IMG/VR virus record: IMGVR_UViG_3300017917_001342
Span: 1-64,000 of that record
DNA length: 64,000 nt
Direction: 5' to 3' (one strand)
The translations under genes were made by a program, and so were the position numbers. Under the pieces are notes generated by a model. It saw nothing but the letters and a program-made list of their open reading frames with translations. It did not search any database and had not been told where the DNA came from. Of the stretch, positions 34,932 through 43,809 are shown piece by piece. Position 1 is the stretch's first letter. Each line of letters opens with the position of its first letter.

Positions 34932-35210
34932 GATTCATCTGCATCCAGCTGAGTTTAAAGTAGGTTTCTGTTTCATCGTCTTTGAAACTGAGACGCAGAC
35001 TGTCTACGCTTTTGTCTATTTCAACAAACCAATCTCGATTAAATTCACCAATGTTAGCTTCTAGCCATGGCTGAGTTTTTTCATAAATTCAATGGCCAAA
35101 CTCAATTGCCTGTAACTCAATTCACTTTCAGCATAACCAAAATAGTTTGCTGGAATACGACCTAATTGAGCTTTTACTATTTCTTCTCGTATTGTATCTG
35201 TTATCCCCAT
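34918..35210 (-). pseudogene. Frameshift-split FxLxW microprotein gene (absent from ORF track)
   Basis: ATG 35210 frame stops at 35061; the -1 frame after the A6 run (35081-35076) reads TQPWLEANIG...FKDDETETYFKLSW...* to 34918. Confidence 0.7.
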
Positions 35211-35482
35211 ACCATCAACTCCTCAAAAGTAGTATACTGCCATTTGCAACTAGTGCGTCGATATTCTGCCCAACCATCTTGCCAAGTAATCTGACGGCGC
35301 ATCACAGTTTTCAACCACACAGTTTTACCCATTTTCATAGGATGGTCAACTGTAAAAATTTCATCTGTATACCAGTAAATCACTGTAACAGGCCGCCATG
35401 CAAACCATTGCTGCCACGGTCCAAATTCAACAGTGTTGTCTTGGTATATATGGCGATATAGTGTGTCTAGCGTATACGGCAT
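35201..35482 (-). CDS. Hypothetical (WFAWRPV motif) embedded in array 1
   Basis: Coupled ORF ending ...LMVWG*. Confidence 0.7.
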   Translation of the reverse strand: MPYTLDTLYRHIYQDNTVEFGPWQQWFAWRPVTVIYWYTDEIFTVDHPMKMGKTVWLKTVMRRQITWQDGWAEYRRTSCKWQYTTFEELMVWG

Positions 35483-35841
35483 TATGACCACAACAACGCA
35501 AACTGCATTGCAACAGTTTGATCCATAAACATTATCACATGCTGTGGATGTGATACATGCCTGCCAGGTGCATACTCGCTACACCAACCAAGAACATCTT
35601 GCCAACGATGAGTTTTATTATAAAACACAGGGTATTGATAACCTTCGTTATACCAAGAAATGTGAATTGCCACACGGTCGTTACAAAAATAACGATAGTA
35701 TGCTGGCAATTTATCTTTGAGACTTACCCACATGCTGTCTATACCAAACGTAACAACAGCACCTGGTTCGTCTACATGTATTTTACGAATATCTTTCTGT
35801 GTGAGATTTAGTCTTGCGGCACAGTGTGAAGTGTAACCCAT
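35482..35841 (-). CDS. FxLxW microprotein
   Basis: WCSEY...FMDQTVAMQFALLWS*. Confidence 0.8.
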   Translation of the reverse strand: MGYTSHCAARLNLTQKDIRKIHVDEPGAVVTFGIDSMWVSLKDKLPAYYRYFCNDRVAIHISWYNEGYQYPVFYNKTHRWQDVLGWCSEYAPGRHVSHPQHVIMFMDQTVAMQFALLWS

Positions 35842-36071
35842 TTTACTTCAGGCTCCCATTTGCAGTGAAAGAATTCATGGTCGTCTTCTTCACCCCATAC
35901 ATGTACTACAGGACCCACATCCATAGACTTGCCTAGGAATACTGTATGTGTAATCAGCCAACTAGGATCTGTATCGTGACGATAACCTAGTGTGTCTAAG
36001 TCTAGTTGCACAGCAGACTCAATTGCCGTAACATCGCCCGAAGGCACATTATGCCATTTGAATTTATACAT
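35808..36071 (-). CDS. Hypothetical (possible distant family member)
   Basis: EEDDHEFFHCKW. Confidence 0.6.
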   Translation of the reverse strand: MYKFKWHNVPSGDVTAIESAVQLDLDTLGYRHDTDPSWLITHTVFLGKSMDVGPVVHVWGEEDDHEFFHCKWEPEVKWVTLHTVPQD

Positions 36072-36364
36072 CAGCGTACCGTCCCTGCGAAAATGCCAAA
36101 GATTAATTGTGTGTTCGCTTCGTCCATGAAGCCAGGATAGATCTGTTCTAGTGTGTCAACATCAATTGATTTGTACCCACTGTTGGATTTGTGAGTATAC
36201 TTTTTGTTGTTGCCAACGTGTTTGAACTGCATCTTGGCACCGCGACGACACCAAAAGTTATAGTAGGTCATTACGTTGCCATCTTCGTCTACACGTTCAA
36301 GCACACCCCACAGTTTGTCGGATGTGCCTTGTTTGTACCAGCCTGCCCAATATACGTTAAGCAT
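36071..36364 (-). CDS. Hypothetical (WGR-like, tentative)
   Basis: SDKLWG...FWCRRG; AGGAG RBS. Confidence 0.7.
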   Translation of the reverse strand: MLNVYWAGWYKQGTSDKLWGVLERVDEDGNVMTYYNFWCRRGAKMQFKHVGNNKKYTHKSNSGYKSIDVDTLEQIYPGFMDEANTQLIFGIFAGTVR

Positions 36365-36373
36365 GATTGCTCC

Positions 36374-37018
36374 TTAGAGGTTAGCGCAGTAGTCGTTGAA
36401 TTCTTGATCTTCTTGAATACCTGCTTCGCGCAGTTTGCCACGAGCAGCACTAGGTGTACCGTCATACATGAAGATATTATCACCGAGATTTTCAAACTCA
36501 AACGGTAGATCAATACGGCATTCTTCAGTGCAGCGTTGACGATGTTCATTCCAATAGCGCACTGGTACAATGTAAACAGCAGTAACTCGTTTGCCTAGCA
36601 CTGGAATTTTACTATAGGTAGCATAGAACAGATATTCTTCTGGGTCAACACTTAGCCAGCTACGTTCACCGTAGATAAATCCATCACCTTCAGTTTCTTC
36701 TGGCGGCATGTGTGCTGCGACAGGTTGCGTAACATCATCTGTATCATCTTCACTTGCAGAGTCGTCGGCATCTGTATCAGCAGCTTCATCTTCGGGATCA
36801 GGTAGATACTGATCTGGGATATCAAAATCGTGAATAGTCATAGGTTCTAGATCTTCAGTGCGGTAGCCAATGTCCGGATTGGTTTTGCAGAGTAGATCGA
36901 TACGTTTCTCTCGAGTAGCAGAATCTGCAAACACTTCGATCGGCGAATAGAAAATGTTGCAGTCTTCACGGTTACCGTGATCGTAGTCATAGATAAGAAC
37001 GTAAATCTTAGTAGTCAT
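36374..37018 (-). CDS. Hypothetical with acidic linker
   Basis: ORF, GAGG RBS. Confidence 0.7.
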   Translation of the reverse strand: MTTKIYVLIYDYDHGNREDCNIFYSPIEVFADSATREKRIDLLCKTNPDIGYRTEDLEPMTIHDFDIPDQYLPDPEDEAADTDADDSASEDDTDDVTQPVAAHMPPEETEGDGFIYGERSWLSVDPEEYLFYATYSKIPVLGKRVTAVYIVPVRYWNEHRQRCTEECRIDLPFEFENLGDNIFMYDGTPSAARGKLREAGIQEDQEFNDYCANL

Positions 37019-37373
37019 GGTCTTGTTCCTCAAGTTCTTTCACACGTTGTTGAGCAGCTTCTAGTGTTGGGTAACAGTCGTCAAAGTAAGGGTCGTTTTC
37101 AAAGTAGTATTCTACGTTGCCAGAGCTTTTATATTCGAAGTAATATTCATCCTGCTGGTCTTCCGGATTTGTTATCTTACCACGGCAGATTTTTACCACT
37201 GAGCCAACATACATGAGTTCATGTATTTTGTAAAGCCATGTAGGCCTATCATATCTATGCCATTCTACACCGTTGGCATCGATCATTTTTATTTTATGTC
37301 GTGTGAGTATAGAATTGATGTGTTCGATATGATATATCACATCGCCAAACTGCAATTTACCCAGGTCTATCAT
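37008..37373 (-). CDS. Hypothetical protein
   Basis: ATGA-coupled to 37370..37801. Confidence 0.7.
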   Translation of the reverse strand: MIDLGKLQFGDVIYHIEHINSILTRHKIKMIDANGVEWHRYDRPTWLYKIHELMYVGSVVKICRGKITNPEDQQDEYYFEYKSSGNVEYYFENDPYFDDCYPTLEAAQQRVKELEEQDHDY

Positions 37374-37801
37374 AGCCATACCATTTCGAACAGCAGATGA
37401 TCGTTGCGTTCTTTAAATGCAATTACAAAATGTTCTGCACCGCCTTGCACGGATGTAATATAAGTTGATGCGTTAAGGATGGTGTTTTTATCTCGTTTTA
37501 GTATTTTAACATCAACTCTGAATTTACCAACGCAGTTGTCTTTGCACCATTGTTTGATTTCTTTGTACTGATCATGATCAAAATCAACACCATGAAATCC
37601 ATAGTCTTTCAGTTTGGCACGAATCACAGTGGTATAACTATACCCATGATATTGTGTAGCAACAGTACCAAAGGATTTGTTTATGTCAGGGTCATAGACG
37701 TAGTGATACTCTTCCCAAGTAGAAACATTATGCCTTTCAAGAAATTTGCGTTCCTTGTAGGCATTGATATACCCGAGGATTCGTGCAAACCAGTTAGGCA
37801 T
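37370..37801 (-). CDS. FxLxW-family protein (dispersed copy)
   Basis: QWCKDNC...FKERNDHLLFEMVWL*; TGGCTATGA end. Confidence 0.8.
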   Translation of the reverse strand: MPNWFARILGYINAYKERKFLERHNVSTWEEYHYVYDPDINKSFGTVATQYHGYSYTTVIRAKLKDYGFHGVDFDHDQYKEIKQWCKDNCVGKFRVDVKILKRDKNTILNASTYITSVQGGAEHFVIAFKERNDHLLFEMVWL

Positions 37802-37979
37802 ATGCGTTGATCACAAACGAAAGCTGAATGGCACCTGCAATCATCATGGCGAATGCCGCAGATTTACTGACAAATTTCAAAATGCGATTGGTGATTGCAT
37901 CAGATGCCGCAGACCAATAACCTGCTGCTACGATACAAAAAATTCCCAAGGTAATATGAGCAACGTCAAGATAAAGCAT
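37794..37979 (-). CDS. Small two-TM membrane protein
   Basis: AGGAG RBS, hydrophobic. Confidence 0.65.
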   Translation of the reverse strand: MLYLDVAHITLGIFCIVAAGYWSAASDAITNRILKFVSKSAAFAMMIAGAIQLSFVINAYA

Positions 37980-38000
37980 GTTAGTTCTCCTTTTCAAGTC

Positions 38001-38029
38001 AACATAACAGAAATGCGTAGCTGTGTCAA
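38001..38029 (-). promoter_or_regulatory. Early sigma70-type promoter
   Basis: TTGACA-17-TATGTT. Confidence 0.65.
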
Positions 38030-38443
38030 CTAGTGATTAGTGTCTTCGGTTTTTACTGCAATAGAATCAAATTGCCAATCGCTCCATTGTGCATCAAGAC
38101 CGTTGCGAGTTTTACATTCAACAGCAGTTTGCGGAATAACAGTGCCTTTGTAGTTTACCTGCACTTCAATTTCTTGACATTCTTTAAACTGTGCGTTCCA
38201 TCGCATTGGATAACTTGCAACAAACAGCCCGCTGACAAAACAGCCAATAAACGTTACCACTGTAACCATACCCAACACTGGTGCATATTTGCCGCCGTCA
38301 AGTGTAAGCTTAAAAAACAATGCAGGGAGCAGTGCTGCAATTGCTGTACCTATAAACAACATGGCAATTTCTACCAATGGTGTAGCAGGTGCACCGTAGA
38401 GATAAGAGTTGGCAAAATAGCCAATCACAGTGTCAAACGTCAT
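38030..38443 (-). CDS. Two-TM membrane protein
   Basis: Two hydrophobic helices; ATG 38443. Confidence 0.65.
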   Translation of the reverse strand: MTFDTVIGYFANSYLYGAPATPLVEIAMLFIGTAIAALLPALFFKLTLDGGKYAPVLGMVTVVTFIGCFVSGLFVASYPMRWNAQFKECQEIEVQVNYKGTVIPQTAVECKTRNGLDAQWSDWQFDSIAVKTEDTNH

Positions 38444-38447
38444 AGAC

Positions 38448-39113
38448 TTAACCTTTCTTAGTTGTTCGATTGTTCCATTGTGTAACTGTAGCACTGGCTT
38501 CACAGTTTTCGCAATGCACATAATACTCTGCATTACCACTGCGCATTACCGCAAGATCACTGCTGGCACAGAACGGACAGGGTTCAAGCGGAATGTCCCA
38601 GGCATATTGATCAAGTGCTCTAAGCGCAGCAACAAAATCACTTGGCCCAAACCAAGTGCTGATAGATTCTCTATGTGTGTTGTTTGCCCAAGCATCGTTA
38701 GCAATGTTGTCAAGTGCAAACTCTGCAAATGGTTGCAGTGCAGCTTTTAGCCTAGCGATGACATCATCTTGGCTGCGCTGCGGTGTATATGCAGCAGTAC
38801 CATTCAACAATGAAACTGCACTACTATAGGCAATACTACCGTATGGTAAATCAAGTGCGCGAAACTCTTCGCACATTGCAGCGAGCATAGCAGTTAGTTC
38901 ACTGTTGCGCTGAGACAATTCTGACACTGCTTGATTGCGTGCTGTGAGAATTGTGTTGTTGTGATGCAGTTGCGCACTGTTGCGAGTTTCTTGATCGGTC
39001 AGTGCTTGTCGCAACGCTGTTAGCTTGTAGATAGTTTCATTGGCATACTCGTTGCCATAAACGTGCAAGGCAGTACAGAGTTTCTTAACTGCGTCTTCGC
39101 TAATATCAATCAT
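38448..39113 (-). CDS. Hypothetical with C-terminal Lar-like zinc finger
   Basis: LEPCPFC...VHCENCEA...WNNR. Confidence 0.65.
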   Translation of the reverse strand: MIDISEDAVKKLCTALHVYGNEYANETIYKLTALRQALTDQETRNSAQLHHNNTILTARNQAVSELSQRNSELTAMLAAMCEEFRALDLPYGSIAYSSAVSLLNGTAAYTPQRSQDDVIARLKAALQPFAEFALDNIANDAWANNTHRESISTWFGPSDFVAALRALDQYAWDIPLEPCPFCASSDLAVMRSGNAEYYVHCENCEASATVTQWNNRTTKKG

Positions 39114-39408
39114 CGTGTTTCTGCGCTTTCCATTTTGCCAATTGTATACGAGCCTGTTTACGATGTTCAAGTGGCGTTGTCATCACAGTGACTATAACAT
39201 TGTCTTTTACTGCGAACAATAGATCATTGTCACCTATGTAGATCATACTGCGATGCAGTATGCCCTGGCGGTCAATGTAGCGTTTAAATCTTCCAGCAGT
39301 TTCATTACCTGGCATACTGCTTATTGCTTTGTTAATAGTAACGTCTACAGCACTTTTAACAACACCGCCACGTTCTCGCAAACGTTTCTCTGCATGTTTG
39401 GTTTTCAT
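39106..39408 (-). CDS. Hypothetical (T.HA..R..ER, RelE/BrnT-like fold possible)
   Basis: TKHAEKRLRER...IVTVM. Confidence 0.55.
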   Translation of the reverse strand: MKTKHAEKRLRERGGVVKSAVDVTINKAISSMPGNETAGRFKRYIDRQGILHRSMIYIGDNDLLFAVKDNVIVTVMTTPLEHRKQARIQLAKWKAQKHDD

Positions 39409-39764
39409 CGTTCGGCCTCACGTAATGCAACCTGCGCTCTAACTACCCACGATGGCATTGCTTCACCCGACATGCTGTCTACGGCACTGCGTAGTATACT
39501 GCGCAACAACACAGCTTCGGTTATAGCACTGTCTCTCTGCTTTTCTGCATCAATTTGTGCAACATATGCGTCATGAGCCTCACCCATACTGGAGAGACTC
39601 TGCATAACAGCTTCACGTTTTTCTGCTTCTATTTTTTTAACTGCATAATAAAGCGCAGAAACATGATCGTTGTATTTGACCCAATCACCGTCGTCGCTAA
39701 GAATGAAGTTTATTTCATCGGCATTGTTGATAGCGTAGCGAGGCAATATGTATTGGTCAGTCAT
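39405..39764 (-). CDS. Hypothetical protein
   Basis: Coupled ORF; DGDWVKY motif. Confidence 0.65.
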   Translation of the reverse strand: MTDQYILPRYAINNADEINFILSDDGDWVKYNDHVSALYYAVKKIEAEKREAVMQSLSSMGEAHDAYVAQIDAEKQRDSAITEAVLLRSILRSAVDSMSGEAMPSWVVRAQVALREAER

Positions 39765-39765
39765 G

Positions 39766-40347
39766 TCACGCTCTTTCTAATTTAAAGTAACCATAATCTT
39801 TGTAGTCTACTGTAAAATTCTTAGACTGTTTGAATGTAAGTGCAGGCCAAACATCACGAATAAATTCCGCAATCACTGTGAATGGTACCAGTGCATTGCT
39901 TAGTGCTGCAACAGATAGTTCTGTTTGTCGACCTTCAATACCTATTGCAATAGTTCTATTAGCACCATTCAATAGTTGCAGGCAAGCATTGCAATCTAGG
40001 TTGCTTGTTAGACTAATTGGAATGTAAGACAGGTGCTCGTTTATACGCCGATCGCCTTTATATGTATAATAATATGCAGTATCGCATTTTGAACGATCAT
40101 ACATAAAAGTATCCAATCTAGACTCTACATCGTCTATTGAACTTGTACCAGATTTGAGCATACGTTCTTTAACGTTAGTGCGTAGACTAACAAGATCAAC
40201 AGCTTCTCGCTTACAGCCGTTGATTTCACAAAGCACACCTAGCGCACTATAGCGACCTTCTGGCTGCCAGAGATTGTTAGGATTCATACCCTGTTTAAAA
40301 TAGCCAGATTCCAGTGCATCTACCCAGTCTTGAATCCACGGTGTCAT
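39766..40347 (-). CDS. Hypothetical protein
   Basis: W..ALESG..KQG...LGVLC; ATG 40347. Confidence 0.7.
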   Translation of the reverse strand: MTPWIQDWVDALESGYFKQGMNPNNLWQPEGRYSALGVLCEINGCKREAVDLVSLRTNVKERMLKSGTSSIDDVESRLDTFMYDRSKCDTAYYYTYKGDRRINEHLSYIPISLTSNLDCNACLQLLNGANRTIAIGIEGRQTELSVAALSNALVPFTVIAEFIRDVWPALTFKQSKNFTVDYKDYGYFKLERA

Positions 40348-40349
40348 AA

Positions 40350-41495
40350 TCAGTCCCCACCTTTCAGCAGGAACTGATTTGAGATTGTCTTGAAGCTGAA
40401 GCTTGGGTCGTCGTTGCACTTCCAAACAAGACCTTCGCGGATCTTGTGATTGATGCTCGGACCTTCAGCAACTGCAAGACCTTCTTCGACACTGCTAGGC
40501 GCAGTCCAATCTTCGCCAAGAACAGGAACGTGATCAAGCCCCATCGTTTGGCAATGATTGCGCCGAGCATACGGAGGGAGATATTCATGTTCTTCAATAT
40601 CGAAGATGTCAAACACAAAGAACTTATGCTCAGTAAAGCCTTCACGGTTACCCTGGATACCCGGACCCATCAGTTCTCCTTGCAGCGCATAACCATGCCT
40701 TACTTTATCAGCAAGTTTTAGAGCCATAGCAACAAAGGTATTGTCAGCATTCTCTTCGTTGATTTTCAGTTCTAGGTTGCGGCTGCAAACACGAAGCTCA
40801 TCCTCCCAACGGAAGATCGTGCAGCTTGAGCCATCCAGCTTCATGGTGACTTCGTAGGTCGGCTCGGCAAAGTCTTCCGGCAGAACAACTGGATGTTCTT
40901 CGAGAGTCTGAGTCTCAGCGTTCCAGACTTTCTCAGTGGCGAACCGCTTAGCCCGCTTTTGGATCTCACCGAAGCAGTTCTGAATACGCTCTTGATCCGT
41001 CTTAGGAATGAGCGAAGTCGGGAATGTACCGGCAGCTTGACCCTGAAGCTGAGCAGGAATAAGTGCTTCCCATTTTTGGATATTGAGCCGTTCAGTCACG
41101 TCTTCGCCTTCAAAGATGAATTCAACGTAATCTCCATCTTCTACAAGACCAACTGCCCAACGATTGCTATCGTTGAAGAAATTTATCACAACTTCACCGA
41201 ATGTGTTCGGTGATAGAAGAAGACCTTGCGAAACCTGTCCCCTCAAGCGAATCGTCCGCAGACGTTCACCTTTCACACCATTGTACTCGCGAGGCTCTTG
41301 GCCTTTCGAGAGGAACGGAGCGAGTTCATGAGGAACCCATGAGTCGATCTCAAGGTAAACAGCAAGATCGCCGACCTTGAACTCATCTTTCTTTACAACA
41401 ACTTTCCAGCCATCGATAGTTGCAACTTCAATAGCATCTGCACCCTCGATGGGTTGTACGTCGGCAATACGACGGATAGTAGCAAGTTTACGCAT
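40350..41495 (-). CDS. RNA ligase (Rnl2/DRB0094-like, N-terminal OB domain)
   Basis: RKLATIRRI, KLDGSS, GELMGPGIQGN, EGLV, FKTIS. Confidence 0.92.
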   Translation of the reverse strand: MRKLATIRRIADVQPIEGADAIEVATIDGWKVVVKKDEFKVGDLAVYLEIDSWVPHELAPFLSKGQEPREYNGVKGERLRTIRLRGQVSQGLLLSPNTFGEVVINFFNDSNRWAVGLVEDGDYVEFIFEGEDVTERLNIQKWEALIPAQLQGQAAGTFPTSLIPKTDQERIQNCFGEIQKRAKRFATEKVWNAETQTLEEHPVVLPEDFAEPTYEVTMKLDGSSCTIFRWEDELRVCSRNLELKINEENADNTFVAMALKLADKVRHGYALQGELMGPGIQGNREGFTEHKFFVFDIFDIEEHEYLPPYARRNHCQTMGLDHVPVLGEDWTAPSSVEEGLAVAEGPSINHKIREGLVWKCNDDPSFSFKTISNQFLLKGGD

Positions 41496-41764
41496 TATTC
41501 TTCTCCGTAGATTTCGAAACCAAGCGTCCTGGCTTCATTACGTGCATCATAGTAGTTGTCGGAGTTCAGCAGTACCTTTTGATTATGAGGTACCGTGCAC
41601 CATCCTGTGGTATGCGGACGAACATGTGCTTTGCAATACACCCACTTGTCGGCACCAAAGTGCAGTTCGTCATCTGTTTGTCTATCACACATGTCAGTGT
41701 CTCGCTGTTGTTCTACGCTTACACATATAGCATAAGCGTAGATATTGTCAACCGCTATCTGCAT
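41495..41764 (-). CDS. Hypothetical (C..H...H...WC)
   Basis: Coupled ORF. Confidence 0.6.
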   Translation of the reverse strand: MQIAVDNIYAYAICVSVEQQRDTDMCDRQTDDELHFGADKWVYCKAHVRPHTTGWCTVPHNQKVLLNSDNYYDARNEARTLGFEIYGEE

Positions 41765-41768
41765 TGTT

Positions 41769-42686
41769 TTAAACTACCATCATCAGTGCAACGTATACTG
41801 CATATGCACCCAACAGCATATAGCCAGCAGTTCGTGATAGCTTGCCAATTGTAAGTGTAATTGCAGTCAGTGCTAATGCAGTTGCAATAACCCACACAAT
41901 GTCTTGCGACATAAATCGTGCATCTACGCTAAGCGGCGACAGCAGCGATGTAATACCAAGAATACCTGCAATGTTAAAGATGTTTGAACCGATAATGTTA
42001 CCGACTGCAATGTCAGTTTCACCTTTGGCTACTGCGCGAATTGAAGTTGCAAGTTCTGGTAGCGAAGTACCAATTGCTACAATAGTCAAACCAATGATAG
42101 CATCAGAAACACCAAGTGCAGTAGCAATGGTTACAGCAGCGGACACTAACCAGTTTGCACCAAGAACCAGTGCAAATAGTCCAACAGCAGCTAATGCCCA
42201 GGCTTTATGTACAGGCATTGTGTTTGCCAGTTGATCTATTTCAACATTGCGATTCCGCAAAGACAGCCATAGATAAGATGCTAGCACTGCAACTAATACA
42301 ACACCGTCAAGTCGTCCAACATAGCCGTCTAGCATAAAAATAGCAAGAAGAATAGACACGCCGACCATGTAAGCTAGATCACGAGATAGTTTAATCCTAT
42401 CTAGCATAATTACGCCTAGCACAGCAGTTGCACCTAGGATCAACAGTATATTACCTGTATTAGATCCCAACACATTGCCTAGTGCAATACCAGATTGTCC
42501 ACTCCAAGCAGCTTGTAGTGATACCAATAGTTCGGGCGCAGATGTGCCAAACCCTACTACTGTCAGACCAACTATTTGCGGAGTGAGGCCGTATTGCAGT
42601 GCAATTGATTTTGCACCGTCTACAAGAAAGTCACCGCCTTTATATAACAGTGCAAGTCCGGCGATGAGAAAGAATACAGTTAGCAT
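41769..42686 (-). CDS. Calcium/sodium antiporter (CaCA, YrbG-like)
   Basis: Two alpha-repeats GTSAPEL...GSN and GTSLPEL...GSN; about 10 TM. Confidence 0.92.
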   Translation of the reverse strand: MLTVFFLIAGLALLYKGGDFLVDGAKSIALQYGLTPQIVGLTVVGFGTSAPELLVSLQAAWSGQSGIALGNVLGSNTGNILLILGATAVLGVIMLDRIKLSRDLAYMVGVSILLAIFMLDGYVGRLDGVVLVAVLASYLWLSLRNRNVEIDQLANTMPVHKAWALAAVGLFALVLGANWLVSAAVTIATALGVSDAIIGLTIVAIGTSLPELATSIRAVAKGETDIAVGNIIGSNIFNIAGILGITSLLSPLSVDARFMSQDIVWVIATALALTAITLTIGKLSRTAGYMLLGAYAVYVALMMVV

Positions 42687-42702
42687 TATGACTACCTTTG
42701 TG

Positions 42703-42879
42703 TTAGTTGTTGGTATTTTCTATTTCGACGTTTGCAGGGTGTGTCATGTTTTCATTGCCATCTGCCCAACGCACTGTGATAACAGTTTCATTGATAGGAT
42801 TAAGCGCAAAGCCAGTGACATGGCCCCAGAGATTCTTTTGTTTGTGACGTACAACTGTACCAATCTTAAACTTAAACAT
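42703..42879 (-). CDS. 58-aa SH3-like hypothetical (not in ORF track)
   Basis: AGGAG RBS; MFKFKIGTVVRHK...VRWADG; promoter TTGAAT-17-TAATAT at 42942-42914. Confidence 0.65.
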   Translation of the reverse strand: MFKFKIGTVVRHKQKNLWGHVTGFALNPINETVITVRWADGNENMTHPANVEIENTNN

Positions 42880-42947
42880 CGCGCATCTCCTTTCTTAACC
42901 AATGCAGTGTTCTATATTAACACACTGCACCTGGTTATTCAAGTCTG

Positions 42948-43301
42948 CTAGTCTCTGTTACGAACAAACGCAGTCATCGGAGTGCTGTAGCGAACATCAT
43001 TGTGAAGATCGCCGCCGTTAACACTGTCGCGCAGGTAATCCATTTCAGTATAGCCATAGCGATCAACACCATTGCCTGCACCGACATAATCACCGTCGAT
43101 GTCAAATGCACTGTAGCCGTAGCTGTCAAACCCTTCGCTGTCATAATCATCGAACATGGTTTTTTCATTGTATTCAACACCGGCATCTTTAACTGCTTTG
43201 CTCCATTCAACCGGAGTTTCGCCATAGCAGTTGAAACGGAACATGTCCCAGCCAGGAGTGTTTGCATGCGGGCAAAGCGGGCTGTATTTTCCAGTGCTCA
43301 T
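42948..43301 (-). CDS. Hypothetical with (Y/F)D..G repeats
   Basis: YDSEGFDSYGY...DRYGY; ATG 43301, AAGGA RBS. Confidence 0.7.
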   Translation of the reverse strand: MSTGKYSPLCPHANTPGWDMFRFNCYGETPVEWSKAVKDAGVEYNEKTMFDDYDSEGFDSYGYSAFDIDGDYVGAGNGVDRYGYTEMDYLRDSVNGGDLHNDVRYSTPMTAFVRNRD

Positions 43302-43330
43302 TGCAGTAGTCCTTGTGTTGTTTACAAGTG

Positions 43331-43370
43331 AAGATATAGCTGACAACACTGTGGCTGTCAACTATATCTT
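43331..43370 (-). promoter_or_regulatory. Early promoter embedded in a 15-bp near-perfect palindrome
   Basis: TTGACA-15-GCTATATC; AAGATATAGcTGACA-N10-TGTCAaCTATATCTT. Confidence 0.6.
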
Positions 43371-43391
43371 TTTGATTATTGTGATTATTTT

Positions 43392-43727
43392 TTAGTCCAT
43401 ACGCGAAGCAGCATGAACAGCATAGCCAGCTTCTTGCATCAGCTTGGCATAGGCTTCGGCACCAGCTTCTTTCACATCCATGTTCTGAGTGTTGTGGCGC
43501 GACGGGTTCCACAGTTGCCAGGCTTTGCCAGTATAGTCTTTCTTGAACCCAATGCTTTCAAACAGCTTGCGTTCAGCTTTACCGGCCGCAGTGTTGCCCT
43601 TGTTCTTGGGATAATAGGTAACCCAAGCAAATCCGCAGGGGTAACGTTCACCAATCTTACCGTAGAGTTCATCAGCCGCAGCGCGAGCAGCAACAGTGGC
43701 CTTTTCGTGCAGTTCCTGGATATCCAT
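43392..43727 (-). CDS. Hypothetical early protein
   Basis: CGFAWV motif; AGGAG RBS; TTGACA at 43794-43789. Confidence 0.75.
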   Translation of the reverse strand: MDIQELHEKATVAARAAADELYGKIGERYPCGFAWVTYYPKNKGNTAAGKAERKLFESIGFKKDYTGKAWQLWNPSRHNTQNMDVKEAGAEAYAKLMQEAGYAVHAASRMD

Positions 43728-43809
43728 TGTGTATCTCCTGTGTGCAGTGTTAGCGTCTATGCGTTATACATAGCATCTAGTATTAGGTTGTCAACAGGGT
43801 TTTTAAAAA

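Larger units (their letters stand above)
31717..35841 (-). other. Tandem array 1 of FxLxW microprotein genes (about 15 members)
   Basis: Contiguous overlapping ORFs ending F-x8-F-x-L-x-W-x-stop. Confidence 0.85.

Noticed and set aside
31717-35841. Classical integron or DGR explanation for the arrays
   Set aside because: Genes overlap with no room for attC sites; no integrase, reverse transcriptase or adenine-variant TR/VR pair seen in the window
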